Shown: one piece after another, positions 52,901 through 64,000 of the stretch
Position numbering within the stretch: position 1 is the first letter of the stretch
Layout of the letters: each line of letters opens with the position of its first letter
Source: Eledone cirrhosa
Lineage: Eukaryota
Assembly: GCA_964016885.1 (NCBI GenBank)
Contig: OZ024746.1
Span: 59,396,001-59,460,000, forward strand
DNA length: 64,000 nt
Direction: 5' to 3'
Position numbers and translations under genes: made by a program
The notes under the pieces: model-generated
The model's database searches: none
The model's input: only the letters and a program-made list of their open reading frames with translations
What the model was told of the DNA's origin: nothing

Positions 52901-55900
52901 GTGTTGTTGACTGTATGTTCTGTAGTGTCTATGTTGGTAGTTGTACAGTTGTTGACTGTATGTTCTGTAGTGTCTATGTTGGTAGTTGTATAGATGTTGA
53001 CTGTATGTTCTGTAGTGTCTATGTTAGTAGTTGTGGTGTTGTTGACTGTATGTTCTGTAGTGTCTATGGTGGTAGTTGTGGTGTTGTTGACTGTATTTTC
53101 TATAGTGTCTATGTTAGTAGTTGTACAGTTGTTGACTGTATGTTCTGTAGTATGTATGTTAGTAGTTGTGGTGTTGTTGACTGTATGTTCTGTAGTCTCT
53201 ATGTTGGTAGTTGGGGTGTTGTTGACTGTATGTTCTGTAGTGCCTATGTTGGTAGTTGTAGTGTTGTTGACTGTATGCTCTATAGTGTCTATGTTGGTAG
53301 TTGTGGTGTTGTTGACTGTATGTTCTGTAGTGTCTATGTTGGTAGTTGTGGTGTTGTTGGCTGTATGTTCTGTAGTGTGTATGTTAGTAGTTGTGGTGTT
53401 GTTGAATGTATGTTCTGTAGTGTCTATGCTGGTAGTTGTGGTGTTGTTGACTCTATGTTCTGTAGTGTCTATGTTAGTAGTTGTGGTGTTGTTGACTGTA
53501 TGTTCTGTAGTGTCTATGTGGGTAGTTGTGGTGTTGTTGACTGTATGTTCTGTAGTGTCTATGTTGGTAGTTGTGGTGTTGTTGACTGTATGTTCTGTAG
53601 TGTCTATGTTAGTAGTTGTGGTGTTGTTGACTGTATGTTCTGTAGTGTCTATGTTGGTAGTTGTGGTGTTGTTGACTGTATGGTCTGTAGTGTCTATGTT
53701 GGTAGTTGTAGTGTTGTTGACTGTATGTTCTGTAGTGTCTATGTTGGTAGTTGTGGTGTTGTTGACTGTATGTTCTGTACTGTCTATGTTGGTAGTTGTG
53801 GTGTTGTTGACTGTATGTTCTGTAGTGTCTATGTTGGTAGTTGTAGTGTTGTTGACTGTATGTTCTGTAGTGTCTATGTTGGTAGTTGTGGTGTTGTTGA
53901 CTGTATGTTCTGTAGTGTCTATGTTGGTAGTTGTGGTGTTGTTGACTGTATGTTCTGTAGTGTCTATGTTGGTAGTTGTGGTGTTGTTGGCTGTATGTTC
54001 TGTAGTGTGTATGTTAGTAGTTGTGGTGTTGTTGACTGTATGTTCTGTAGTGTCTATGTTGGTAGTTGTAGTGTTGTTGACTGTATGTTCTGTAGTGTGT
54101 ATGTTAGTAGTTGTGGTGTTGTTGACTGTATGTTCTGTAGTGTCTATGTTGGTAGTTGTGGTGTTGTTGACTGTATGTTCTGTAGTGTCTATGTTGGTAG
54201 TTGTACAGTTGTTGACTGTATGTTCTGTAGTGTCTATGTTAGTAGTTGTGGTGTTGTTGACTGTATGTTCTGTAGTGTCTATGTTGGTAGTTGTGGTGTT
54301 GTTGACTGTATGTTCTGTAGTTTCTATGTTGGTAGTTGTGGTGTTGTTGACTGTATGTTCTGTAGTGTCTATGTTGGTAGTTGTGGTGTTGTTGGCTGTA
54401 TGTTCTGTAGTGTGTATGTTAGTAGTTGTGGTGTTGTTGACTGTATGTTCTGTAGTGTCTATGTTGGTAGTTGTGGTGTTGTTGACTGTATGTTCTGTAG
54501 TGTCTATGTTGGTAGTTGTGGTGTTGTTGACTGTATGTTCTATAGTGTCTATGTTAGTAGTTGTGGTGTTGTTGACTGTATGTTCTGTAGTGTCTATGTT
54601 GGTAGTTGTGGTGGTGTTGACTGTATGTTCTGTAGTGTCTATGTTAGTAATTGTGGTGTTGTTGACTGTATGTTCTGTAGTGTCTATGTTAGTAGTTGTA
54701 CTGTTGTTGACTGTATGTTCTGTAGTTTCTATGTTGGTAGTTGTGGTGTTGTTGACTGTATGTTCTGTAGTGTCTATGTTAGTAATTGTGGTGTTGTTGA
54801 CTGTATGTTCTGTAGTGTCTATGTTGGTAGTTGTACAGTTGTTGACTGTATGTTCTGTAGTGTCTATGTTGGTAGTTGTGGTGTTGTTGACTGTATGTTC
54901 TGTAGTGTCTATGTTGGTAGTTGTGGTGTTGTTGACTGTATGTTCTGTAGTGTCTATGTTGGTAATTGTGGTGTTGTTGATTGTATGTTCTGTAGTGTCT
55001 ATGTTGGTAGTTGTAGTGTTGTTGACTGTATGTTCTGTAGTGTCTATGTTGGTAGTTGTGGTGTTGTTGACTGTATGTTCTATAGTGTCTATGTTGGTAG
55101 TTGTGGTGTTGTTGACTGTATGTTCTTTAGTGTCTATGTTGGTAGTTGTGGTGTTGTTGACTGTATGTTTTGTAGTGTCTATGTTAGTAGTTGTACTGTT
55201 GTTGACTGTATGTTCTGTAGTGTCTATGTTGGTAGTTGTACTGTTGTTGACAGTATGTTCTGTAGTGTCTATGTTGGTAGTTGTACTGTTGTTGACTGTA
55301 TGTTCTATAGTGTCTATGTTGGTAGTTGTACTGTTGTTGACTGTATGTTCTGTAGTGTCTATGTTGGTAGTTGTACTGTTGTTGACTGTATGTTCTGTAG
55401 TGTCTATGTTGGAAGTTGTGGTGTTGTTGACTGTATGTTCTGTAGTATCTATGTTGGTAGTTGTACTGTTGTTGACTGTATGTTCTGTAGTGTCTATGTT
55501 GGTAGTTGTACTGTTGTTGACTGTATGTTCTGTAGTGTCTATGTTGGTAGTTGTACTGTTGTTGACTGTATGTTCTGTAGTGTCTATGATGGTAGTTGTG
55601 GTGTTGTTGACTGTATGTTCTGTAGTGTCTATGTTGGTAGTTGTGGTGTTGTTGACTGTATGTTCTGTAGTGTCTATGTTAGTAGTTGTGGTGTTGTTGA
55701 CTGTATGTTCTGTAGTGTCTATGGTGGTAGTTGTGGTGTTGTTGACTGTATGTTCTATAGTGTCTATGTTAGTAGTTGTACAGTTGTTGACTGTATGTTC
55801 TGTAGTATGTATGTTAGTAGTTGTGGTGTTGTTGACTGTATGTTCTGTAGTGTCTATGTTGGTAGTTGTGGTGTTGTTGACTGTATGTTCTGTAGTGTCT

Positions 55901-58900
55901 ATGTTGGTAGTTGTAGTGTTGTTGACTGTATGTTCTGTAGTGTCTATGTTGGTAGTTGTGGTGTTGTTGACTGTATGTTCTGTAGTGTCTATGTTGGTAG
56001 TTGTGGTGTTGTTGGCTGTATGTTCTGTAGTGTGTATGTTAGTAGTTGTGGTGTTGTTGACTGTATGTTCTGTAGTGTCTATGCTGGTAGTTGTGGTGTT
56101 GTTGACTGTATGTTCTGTAGTGTCTATGTTGGTAGTTGTGGTGTTGTTGACTCTATGTTCTGTAGTGTCTATGTTAGTAGTTGTGGTGTTGTTGACTGTA
56201 TGTTCTGTAGTGTCTATGTTGGTAGTTGCGGTGTTGTTGACTGTATGTTCTGTAGTGTCTATGTTGGTAGTTGTAGTGTTGTTGACTGTATGTTCTGTAG
56301 TGTCTATGTTGGTAGTTGTGGTGTTGTTGACTGTATGTTCTGTAGTGTCTATGTTGGTAGTTGTGGTGTTGTTGACTGTATGTTCTATAGTGTCTATGTT
56401 GGTAATTGTGGTGTTGTTGAGTGTATGTTCTGTAGTGTCTATGTTGGTAGTTGGGGTGTTGTTGACTGTATGTTCTGTAGTGCCTATGTTGGTAGTTGTA
56501 GTGTTGTTGACTGTATGCTCTATAGTGTCTATGTTGGTAGTTGTGGTGTTGTTGACTGTATGTTCTGTAGTGTCTATGTTGGTAGTTGTGGTGTTGTTGG
56601 CTGTATGTTCTGTAGTGTGTATGTTAGTAGTTGTGTTGTTGTTGACTGTATGTTCTGTAGTGTCTATGCTGGTAGTTGTGGTGTTGTTGACTCTATGTTC
56701 TGTAGTGTCTATGTTGGTAGTTGTGGTGTTGTTGACTGTATGTTCTGTAGTGTCTATGTTAGTAGTTGTGGTGTTGTTGACTGTATGTTCTGTAGTGTCT
56801 ATGTTGGTAGTTGTGGTGTTGTTGACTGTATGTTCTGTAGTGTCTATGTTGGTAGTTGTAGCGTTGTTGACTGTATGTTCTGTAGTGTCTATGTTGGTAG
56901 TTGTGGTGTTGTTGACTGTATGTTCTGTAGTGTCTATGTTGGTAGTTGTGGTGTTGTTGACTGTATTTTCTGTAGTGTCTATGTTGGTAATTGTGGTGTT
57001 GTTGAGTGTATGTTCTGTAGTGTCTATGTTGGTAGTTGTAGTGTTGTTGACTGTATGTTCTGTAGTGTCTATGTTGGTAGTTGTGGTGTTGTTGACTGTA
57101 TGTTCTATAGTGTCTATGTTGGTAGTTGTGGTGTGGTTGACTGTATGTTCTGTAGTGTCTATGTTGGTAGTTGTGGTGTTGTTGACTGTATGTTCTGTAG
57201 TGTCTATGTTGGTAGTTGTAGTGTTGTTGACTGTATGCTCTGTAGTGCCTATGTAAGTAGTTGTGGTGTTGTTGACTGTATGTTCTGTAGTGTCTATGTT
57301 GGTAGTTGTGGTGTTGTTGACTGTATGTTCTGTAGTGTCTATGTTGGTAGTTGTGGTGTTGTTGACTGTATGTTCTGTAGTGTCTATGTTGGTAGTTGTA
57401 TAGTTGTTGACTGTATGTTCTGTAGTGTCTATGTTAGTAGTTGTGGTGTTGTTGACTGTATGTTCTGTAGTGTCTATGGTGGTAGTTGTGGTGTTGTTGA
57501 CTGTATGTTCTATAGTGTCTATGTTAGTAGTTGTACAGTTGTTGACTGTATGTTCTGTAGTATGTATGTTAGTAGTTGTGGTGTTGTTGACTGTATGTTC
57601 TGTAGTGTCTATGTTGGTAGTTGGGGTGTTGTTGACTGTATGTTCTGTAGTGCCTATGTTGGTAGTTGTAGTGTTGTTGACTGTATGCTCTATAGTGTCT
57701 ATGTTGGTAGTTGTGGTGTTGTTGACTGTATGTTCTGTAGTGTCTATGTTGGTAGTTGTACTGTTGTTGACTGTATGCTCTGTAGTGCCTATGTAAGTAG
57801 TTGTGGTGTTGTTGACTGTATGTTCTGTAGTGTCTATGTTGGTAGTTGTGGTGTTGTTGACTGTATGTTCTGTAGTGTCTATGTGGGTAGTTGTGGTGTT
57901 GTTGACTGTATGTTCTGTAGTGTCTATGTTGGTAGTTGTGGTGTTGTTGACTGTATGTTCTGTAGTGTCTATGTTAGTAGTTGTGGTGTTGTTGACTGTA
58001 TGTTCTGTAGTGTCTATGTTGGTAGTTGTGGTGTTGTTGACTGTATGGTCTGTAGTGTCTATGTTGGTAGTTGTAGTGTTGTTGACTGTATGTTCTGTAG
58101 TGTCTATGTTGGTAGTTGTGGTGTTGTTGACTGTATGTTCTGTACTGTCTATGTTGGTAGTTGTGGTGTTGTTGACTGTATGTTCTGTAGTGTCTATGTT
58201 GGTAGTTGTAGTGTTGTTGACTGTATGTTCTGTAGTGTCTATGTTGGTAGTTGTGGTGTTGTTGACTGTATGTTCTGTAGTGTCTATGTTGGTAGTTGTG
58301 GTGTTGTTGACTGTATGTTCTGTAGTGTCTATGTTGGTAGTTGTGGTGTTGTTGGCTGTATGTTCTGTAGTGTATATGTTAGTAGTTGTGGTGTTGTTGA
58401 CTGTATGTTCTGTAGTGTCTATGTTGGTAGTTGTAGTGTTGTTGACTGTATGTTCTGTAGTGTGTATGTTAGTAGTTGTGGTGTTGTTGACTGTATGTTC
58501 TGTAGTGTCTATGTTGGTAGTTGTGGTGTTGTTGACTGTATGTTCTGTAGTGTCTATGTTGGTAGTTGTACAGTTGTTGACTGTATGTTCTGTAGTGTCT
58601 ATGTTAGTAGTTGTGGTGTTGTTGACTGTATGTTCTGTAGTGTCTATGTTGGTAGTTGTGGTGTTGTTGACTGTATGTTCTGTAGTTTCTATGTTGGTAG
58701 TTGTGGTGTTGTTGACTGTATGTTCTGTAGTGTCTATGTTGGTAGTTGTGGTGTTGTTGGCTGTATGTTCTGTAGTGTGTATGTTAGTAGTTGTGGTGTT
58801 GTTGACTGTATGTTCTGTAGTGTCTATGTTGGTAGTTGTGGTGGTGTTGACTGTATGTTCTGTAGTGTCTATGTTAGTAATTGTGGTGTTGTTGACTGTA

Positions 58901-61900
58901 TGTTCTGTAGTGTCTATGTTAGTAGTTGTACTGTTGTTGACTGTATGTTCTGTAGTTTCTATGTTGGTAGTTGTGGTGTTGTTGACTGTATGTTCTGTAG
59001 TGTCTATGTTAGTAATTGTGGTGTTGTTGACTGTATGTTCTGTAGTGTCTATGTTAGTAGTTGTGGTGTTGTTGACTGTATGTTCTGTAGTGTCTATGGT
59101 GGTAGTTGTGGTGTTGTTGACTGTATTTTCTATAGTGTCTATGTTAGTAGTTGTACAGTTGTTGACTGTATGTTCTGTAGTATGTATGTTAGTAGTTGTG
59201 GTGTTGTTGACTGTATGTTCTGTAGTCTCTATGTTGGTAGTTGGGGTGTTGTTGACTGTATGTTCTGTAGTGCCTATGTTGGTAGTTGTAGTGTTGTTGA
59301 CTGTATGCTCTATAGTGTCTATGTTGGTAGTTGTGGTGTTGTTGACTGTATGTTCTGTAGTGTCTATGTTGGTAGTTGTGGTGTTGTTGGCTGTATGTTC
59401 TGTAGTGTGTATGTTAGTAGTTGTGGTGTTGTTGAATGTATGTTCTGTAGTGTCTATGCTGGTAGTTGTGGTGTTGTTGACTCTATGTTCTGTAGTGTCT
59501 ATGTTAGTAGTTGTGGTGTTGTTGACTGTATGTTCTGTAGTGTCTATGTGGGTAGTTGTGGTGTTGTTGACTGTATGTTCTGTAGTGTCTATGTTGGTAG
59601 TTGTGGTGTTGTTGACTGTATGTTCTGTAGTGTCTATGTTAGTAGTTGTGGTGTTGTTGACTGTATGTTCTGTAGTGTCTATGTTGGTAGTTGTGGTGTT
59701 GTTGACTGTATGGTCTGTAGTGTCTATGTTGGTAGTTGTAGTGTTGTTGACTGTATGTTCTGTAGTGTCTATGTTGGTAGTTGTGGTGTTGTTGACTGTA
59801 TGTTCTGTACTGTCTATGTTGGTAGTTGTGGTGTTGTTGACTGTATGTTCTGTAGTGTCTATGTTGGTAGTTGTAGTGTTGTTGACTGTATGTTCTGTAG
59901 TGTCTATGTTGGTAGTTGTGGTGTTGTTGACTGTATGTTCTGTAGTGTCTATGTTGGTAGTTGTGGTGTTGTTGACTGTATGTTCTGTAGTGTCTATGTT
60001 GGTAGTTGTGGTGTTGTTGGCTGTATGTTCTGTAGTGTGTATGTTAGTAGTTGTGGTGTTGTTGACTGTATGTTCTGTAGTGTCTATGTTGGTAGTTGTA
60101 GTGTTGTTGACTGTATGTTCTGTAGTGTGTATGTTAGTAGTTGTGGTGTTGTTGACTGTATGTTCTGTAGTGTCTATGTTGGTAGTTGTGGTGTTGTTGA
60201 CTGTATGTTCTGTAGTGTCTATGTTGGTAGTTGTACAGTTGTTGACTGTATGTTCTGTAGTGTCTATGTTAGTAGTTGTGGTGTTGTTGACTGTATGTTC
60301 TGTAGTGTCTATGTTGGTAGTTGTGGTGTTGTTGACTGTATGTTCTGTAGTTTCTATGTTGGTAGTTGTGGTGTTGTTGACTGTATGTTCTGTAGTGTCT
60401 ATGTTGGTAGTTGTGGTGTTGTTGGCTGTATGTTCTGTAGTGTGTATGTTAGTAGTTGTGGTGTTGTTGACTGTATGTTCTGTAGTGTCTATGTTGGTAG
60501 TTGTGGTGTTGTTGACTGTATGTTCTGTAGTGTCTATGTTGGTAGTTGTGGTGTTGTTGACTGTATGTTCTATAGTGTCTATGTTAGTAGTTGTGGTGTT
60601 GTTGACTGTATGTTCTGTAGTGTCTATGTTGGTAGTTGTGGTGGTGTTGACTGTATGTTCTGTAGTGTCTATGTTAGTAATTGTGGTGTTGTTGACTGTA
60701 TGTTCTGTAGTGTCTATGTTAGTAGTTGTACTGTTGTTGACTGTATGTTCTGTAGTTTCTATGTTGGTAGTTGTGGTGTTGTTGACTGTATGTTCTGTAG
60801 TGTCTATGTTAGTAATTGTGGTGTTGTTGACTGTATGTTCTGTAGTGTCTATGTTGGTAGTTGTACAGTTGTTGACTGTATGTTCTGTAGTGTCTATGTT
60901 GGTAGTTGTGGTGTTGTTGACTGTATGTTCTGTAGTGTCTATGTTGGTAGTTGTGGTGTTGTTGACTGTATGTTCTGTAGTGTCTATGTTGGTAATTGTG
61001 GTGTTGTTGATTGTATGTTCTGTAGTGTCTATGTTGGTAGTTGTAGTGTTGTTGACTGTATGTTCTGTAGTGTCTATGTTGGTAGTTGTGGTGTTGTTGA
61101 CTGTATGTTCTATAGTGTCTATGTTGGTAGTTGTGGTGTTGTTGACTGTATGTTCTTTAGTGTCTATGTTGGTAGTTGTGGTGTTGTTGACTGTATGTTT
61201 TGTAGTGTCTATGTTAGTAGTTGTACTGTTGTTGACTGTATGTTCTGTAGTGTCTATGTTGGTAGTTGTACTGTTGTTGACAGTATGTTCTGTAGTGTCT
61301 ATGTTGGTAGTTGTACTGTTGTTGACTGTATGTTCTATAGTGTCTATGTTGGTAGTTGTACTGTTGTTGACTGTATGTTCTGTAGTGTCTATGTTGGTAG
61401 TTGTACTGTTGTTGACTGTATGTTCTGTAGTGTCTATGTTGGAAGTTGTGGTGTTGTTGACTGTATGTTCTGTAGTATCTATGTTGGTAGTTGTACTGTT
61501 GTTGACTGTATGTTCTGTAGTGTCTATGTTGGTAGTTGTACTGTTGTTGACTGTATGTTCTGTAGTGTCTATGTTGGTAGTTGTACTGTTGTTGACTGTA
61601 TGTTCTGTAGTGTCTATGATGGTAGTTGTGGTGTTGTTGACTGTATGTTCTGTAGTGTCTATGTTGGTAGTTGTGGTGTTGTTGACTGTATGTTCTGTAG
61701 TGTCTATGTTAGTAGTTGTGGTGTTGTTGACTGTATGTTCTGTAGTGTCTATGGTGGTAGTTGTGGTGTTGTTGACTGTATGTTCTATAGTGTCTATGTT
61801 AGTAGTTGTACAGTTGTTGACTGTATGTTCTGTAGTATGTATGTTAGTAGTTGTGGTGTTGTTGACTGTATGTTCTGTAGTGTCTATGTTGGTAGTTGTG

Positions 61901-64000
61901 GTGTTGTTGACTGTATGTTCTGTAGTGTCTATGTTGGTAGTTGTAGTGTTGTTGACTGTATGTTCTGTAGTGTCTATGTTGGTAGTTGTGGTGTTGTTGA
62001 CTGTATGTTCTGTAGTGTCTATGTTGGTAGTTGTGGTGTTGTTGGCTGTATGTTCTGTAGTGTGTATGTTAGTAGTTGTGGTGTTGTTGACTGTATGTTC
62101 TGTAGTGTCTATGCTGGTAGTTGTGGTGTTGTTGACTGTATGTTCTGTAGTGTCTATGTTGGTAGTTGGGGTGTTGTTGACTGTATGTTCTGTAGTGCCT
62201 ATGTTGGTAGTTGTAGTGTTGTTGACTGTATGCTCTATAGTGTCTATGTTGGTAGTTGTGGTGTTGTTGACTGTATGTTCTGTAGTGTCTATGTTGGTAG
62301 TTGTACTGTTGTTGACTGTATGCTCTGTAGTGCCTATGTAAGTAGTTGTGGTGTTGTTGACTGTATGTTCTGTAGTGTCTATGTTGGTAGTTGTGGTGTT
62401 GTTGACTGTATGTTCTGTAGTGTCTATGTGGGTAGTTGTGGTGTTGTTGACTGTATGTTCTGTAGTGTCTATGTTGGTAGTTGTGGTGTTGTTGACTGTA
62501 TGTTCTGTAGTGTCTATGTTAGTAGTTGTGGTGTTGTTGACTGTATGTTCTGTAGTGTCTATGTTGGTAGTTGTGGTGTTGTTGACTGTATGGTCTGTAG
62601 TGTCTATGTTGGTAGTTGTAGTGTTGTTGACTGTATGTTCTGTAGTGTCTATGTTGGTAGTTGTGGTGTTGTTGACTGTATGTTCTGTACTGTCTATGTT
62701 GGTAGTTGTGGTGTTGTTGACTGTATGTTCTGTAGTGTCTATGTTGGTAGTTGTAGTGTTGTTGACTGTATGTTCTGTAGTGTCTATGTTGGTAGTTGTG
62801 GTGTTGTTGACTGTATGTTCTGTAGTGTCTATGTTGGTAGTTGTGGTGTTGTTGACTGTATGTTCTGTAGTGTCTATGTTGGTAGTTGTGGTGTTGTTGG
62901 CTGTATGTTCTGTAGTGTATATGTTAGTAGTTGTGGTGTTGTTGACTGTATGTTCTGTAGTGTCTATGTTGGTAGTTGTAGTGTTGTTGACTGTATGTTC
63001 TGTAGTGTGTATGTTAGTAGTTGTGGTGTTGTTGACTGTATGTTCTGTAGTGTCTATGTTGGTAGTTGTGGTGTTGTTGACTGTATGTTCTGTAGTGTCT
63101 ATGTTGGTAGTTGTACAGTTGTTGACTGTATGTTCTGTAGTGTCTATGTTAGTAGTTGTGGTGTTGTTGACTGTATGTTCTGTAGTGTCTATGTTGGTAG
63201 TTGTGGTGTTGTTGACTGTATGTTCTGTAGTTTCTATGTTGGTAGTTGTGGTGTTGTTGACTGTATGTTCTGTAGTGTCTATGTTGGTAGTTGTGGTGTT
63301 GTTGGCTGTATGTTCTGTAGTGTGTATGTTAGTAGTTGTGGTGTTGTTGACTGTATGTTCTGTAGTGTCTATGTTGGTAGTTGTGGTGGTGTTGACTGTA
63401 TGTTCTGTAGTGTCTATGTTAGTAATTGTGGTGTTGTTGACTGTATGTTCTGTAGTGTCTATGTTAGTAGTTGTACTGTTGTTGACTGTATGTTCTGTAG
63501 TTTCTATGTTGGTAGTTGTGGTGTTGTTGACTGTATGTTCTGTAGTGTCTATGTTAGTAATTGTGGTGTTGTTGACTGTATGTTCTGTAGTGTCTATGTT
63601 AGTAGTTGTGGTGTTGTTGACTGTATGTTCTGTAGTGTCTATGGTGGTAGTTGTGGTGTTGTTGACTGTATTTTCTATAGTGTCTATGTTAGTAGTTGTA
63701 CAGTTGTTGACTGTATGTTCTGTAGTATGTATGTTAGTAGTTGTGGTGTTGTTGACTGTATGTTCTGTAGTCTCTATGTTGGTAGTTGGGGTGTTGTTGA
63801 CTGTATGTTCTGTAGTGCCTATGTTGGTAGTTGTAGTGTTGTTGACTGTATGCTCTATAGTGTCTATGTTGGTAGTTGTGGTGTTGTTGACTGTATGTTC
63901 TGTAGTGTCTATGTTGGTAGTTGTGGTGTTGTTGGCTGTATGTTCTGTAGTGTGTATGTTAGTAGTTGTGGTGTTGTTGAATGTATGTTCTGTAGTGTCT
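49961..64000 (+). repeat. 45-bp tandem satellite GTTGGTAGTTGTGGTGTTGTTGACTGTATGTTCTGTAGTGTCTAT, about 310 copies, running off the window end
   Basis: Homogeneous head-to-tail units with point variants. Confidence 0.98.

Noticed and set aside
51332-62341. 504-, 1420- and 1512-aa Val/Leu-rich ORFs
   Set aside because: One frame of the 45-bp (15-codon) satellite happens to lack stops; there is no evidence of coding.
49961-64000. CRISPR-like regular array
   Set aside because: The units are head-to-tail with no unique spacers, there are no cas genes, and the context is eukaryotic.

Overview
This is repeat-dominated, AT-rich eukaryotic DNA with no supportable host protein-coding gene. The SINE and microsatellite content suggests an octopus-like cephalopod, which is an inference. 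Almost every ORF in the supplied track is a translation of simple repeats. Real content: (i) many tRNA-derived SINE copies of two families; (ii) truncated LINE remnants (RLE-endonuclease type, RTE-like, CR1/L2-like); (iii) hAT- and mariner-type MITEs; (iv) a 15-bp minisatellite and a >14 kb 45-bp satellite with higher-order duplications; (v) a dense set of Penelope-like element (PLE) insertions next to (TA)n tracts. Most PLE insertions are fold-back (inverted-duplication) structures, 120 bp to 4.4 kb long, with type-I hammerhead ribozyme (HHR) motifs near their outer ends. About 12 HHR motifs from several sequence families were read by eye. The standout is an apparently perfect 2 x 2158 bp palindrome (43144-47485) carrying an RT-thumb + GIY-YIG ORF. 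Its 26-bp asymmetric spacer continues the reading frame, which points to a hairpin-primed copying mechanism.
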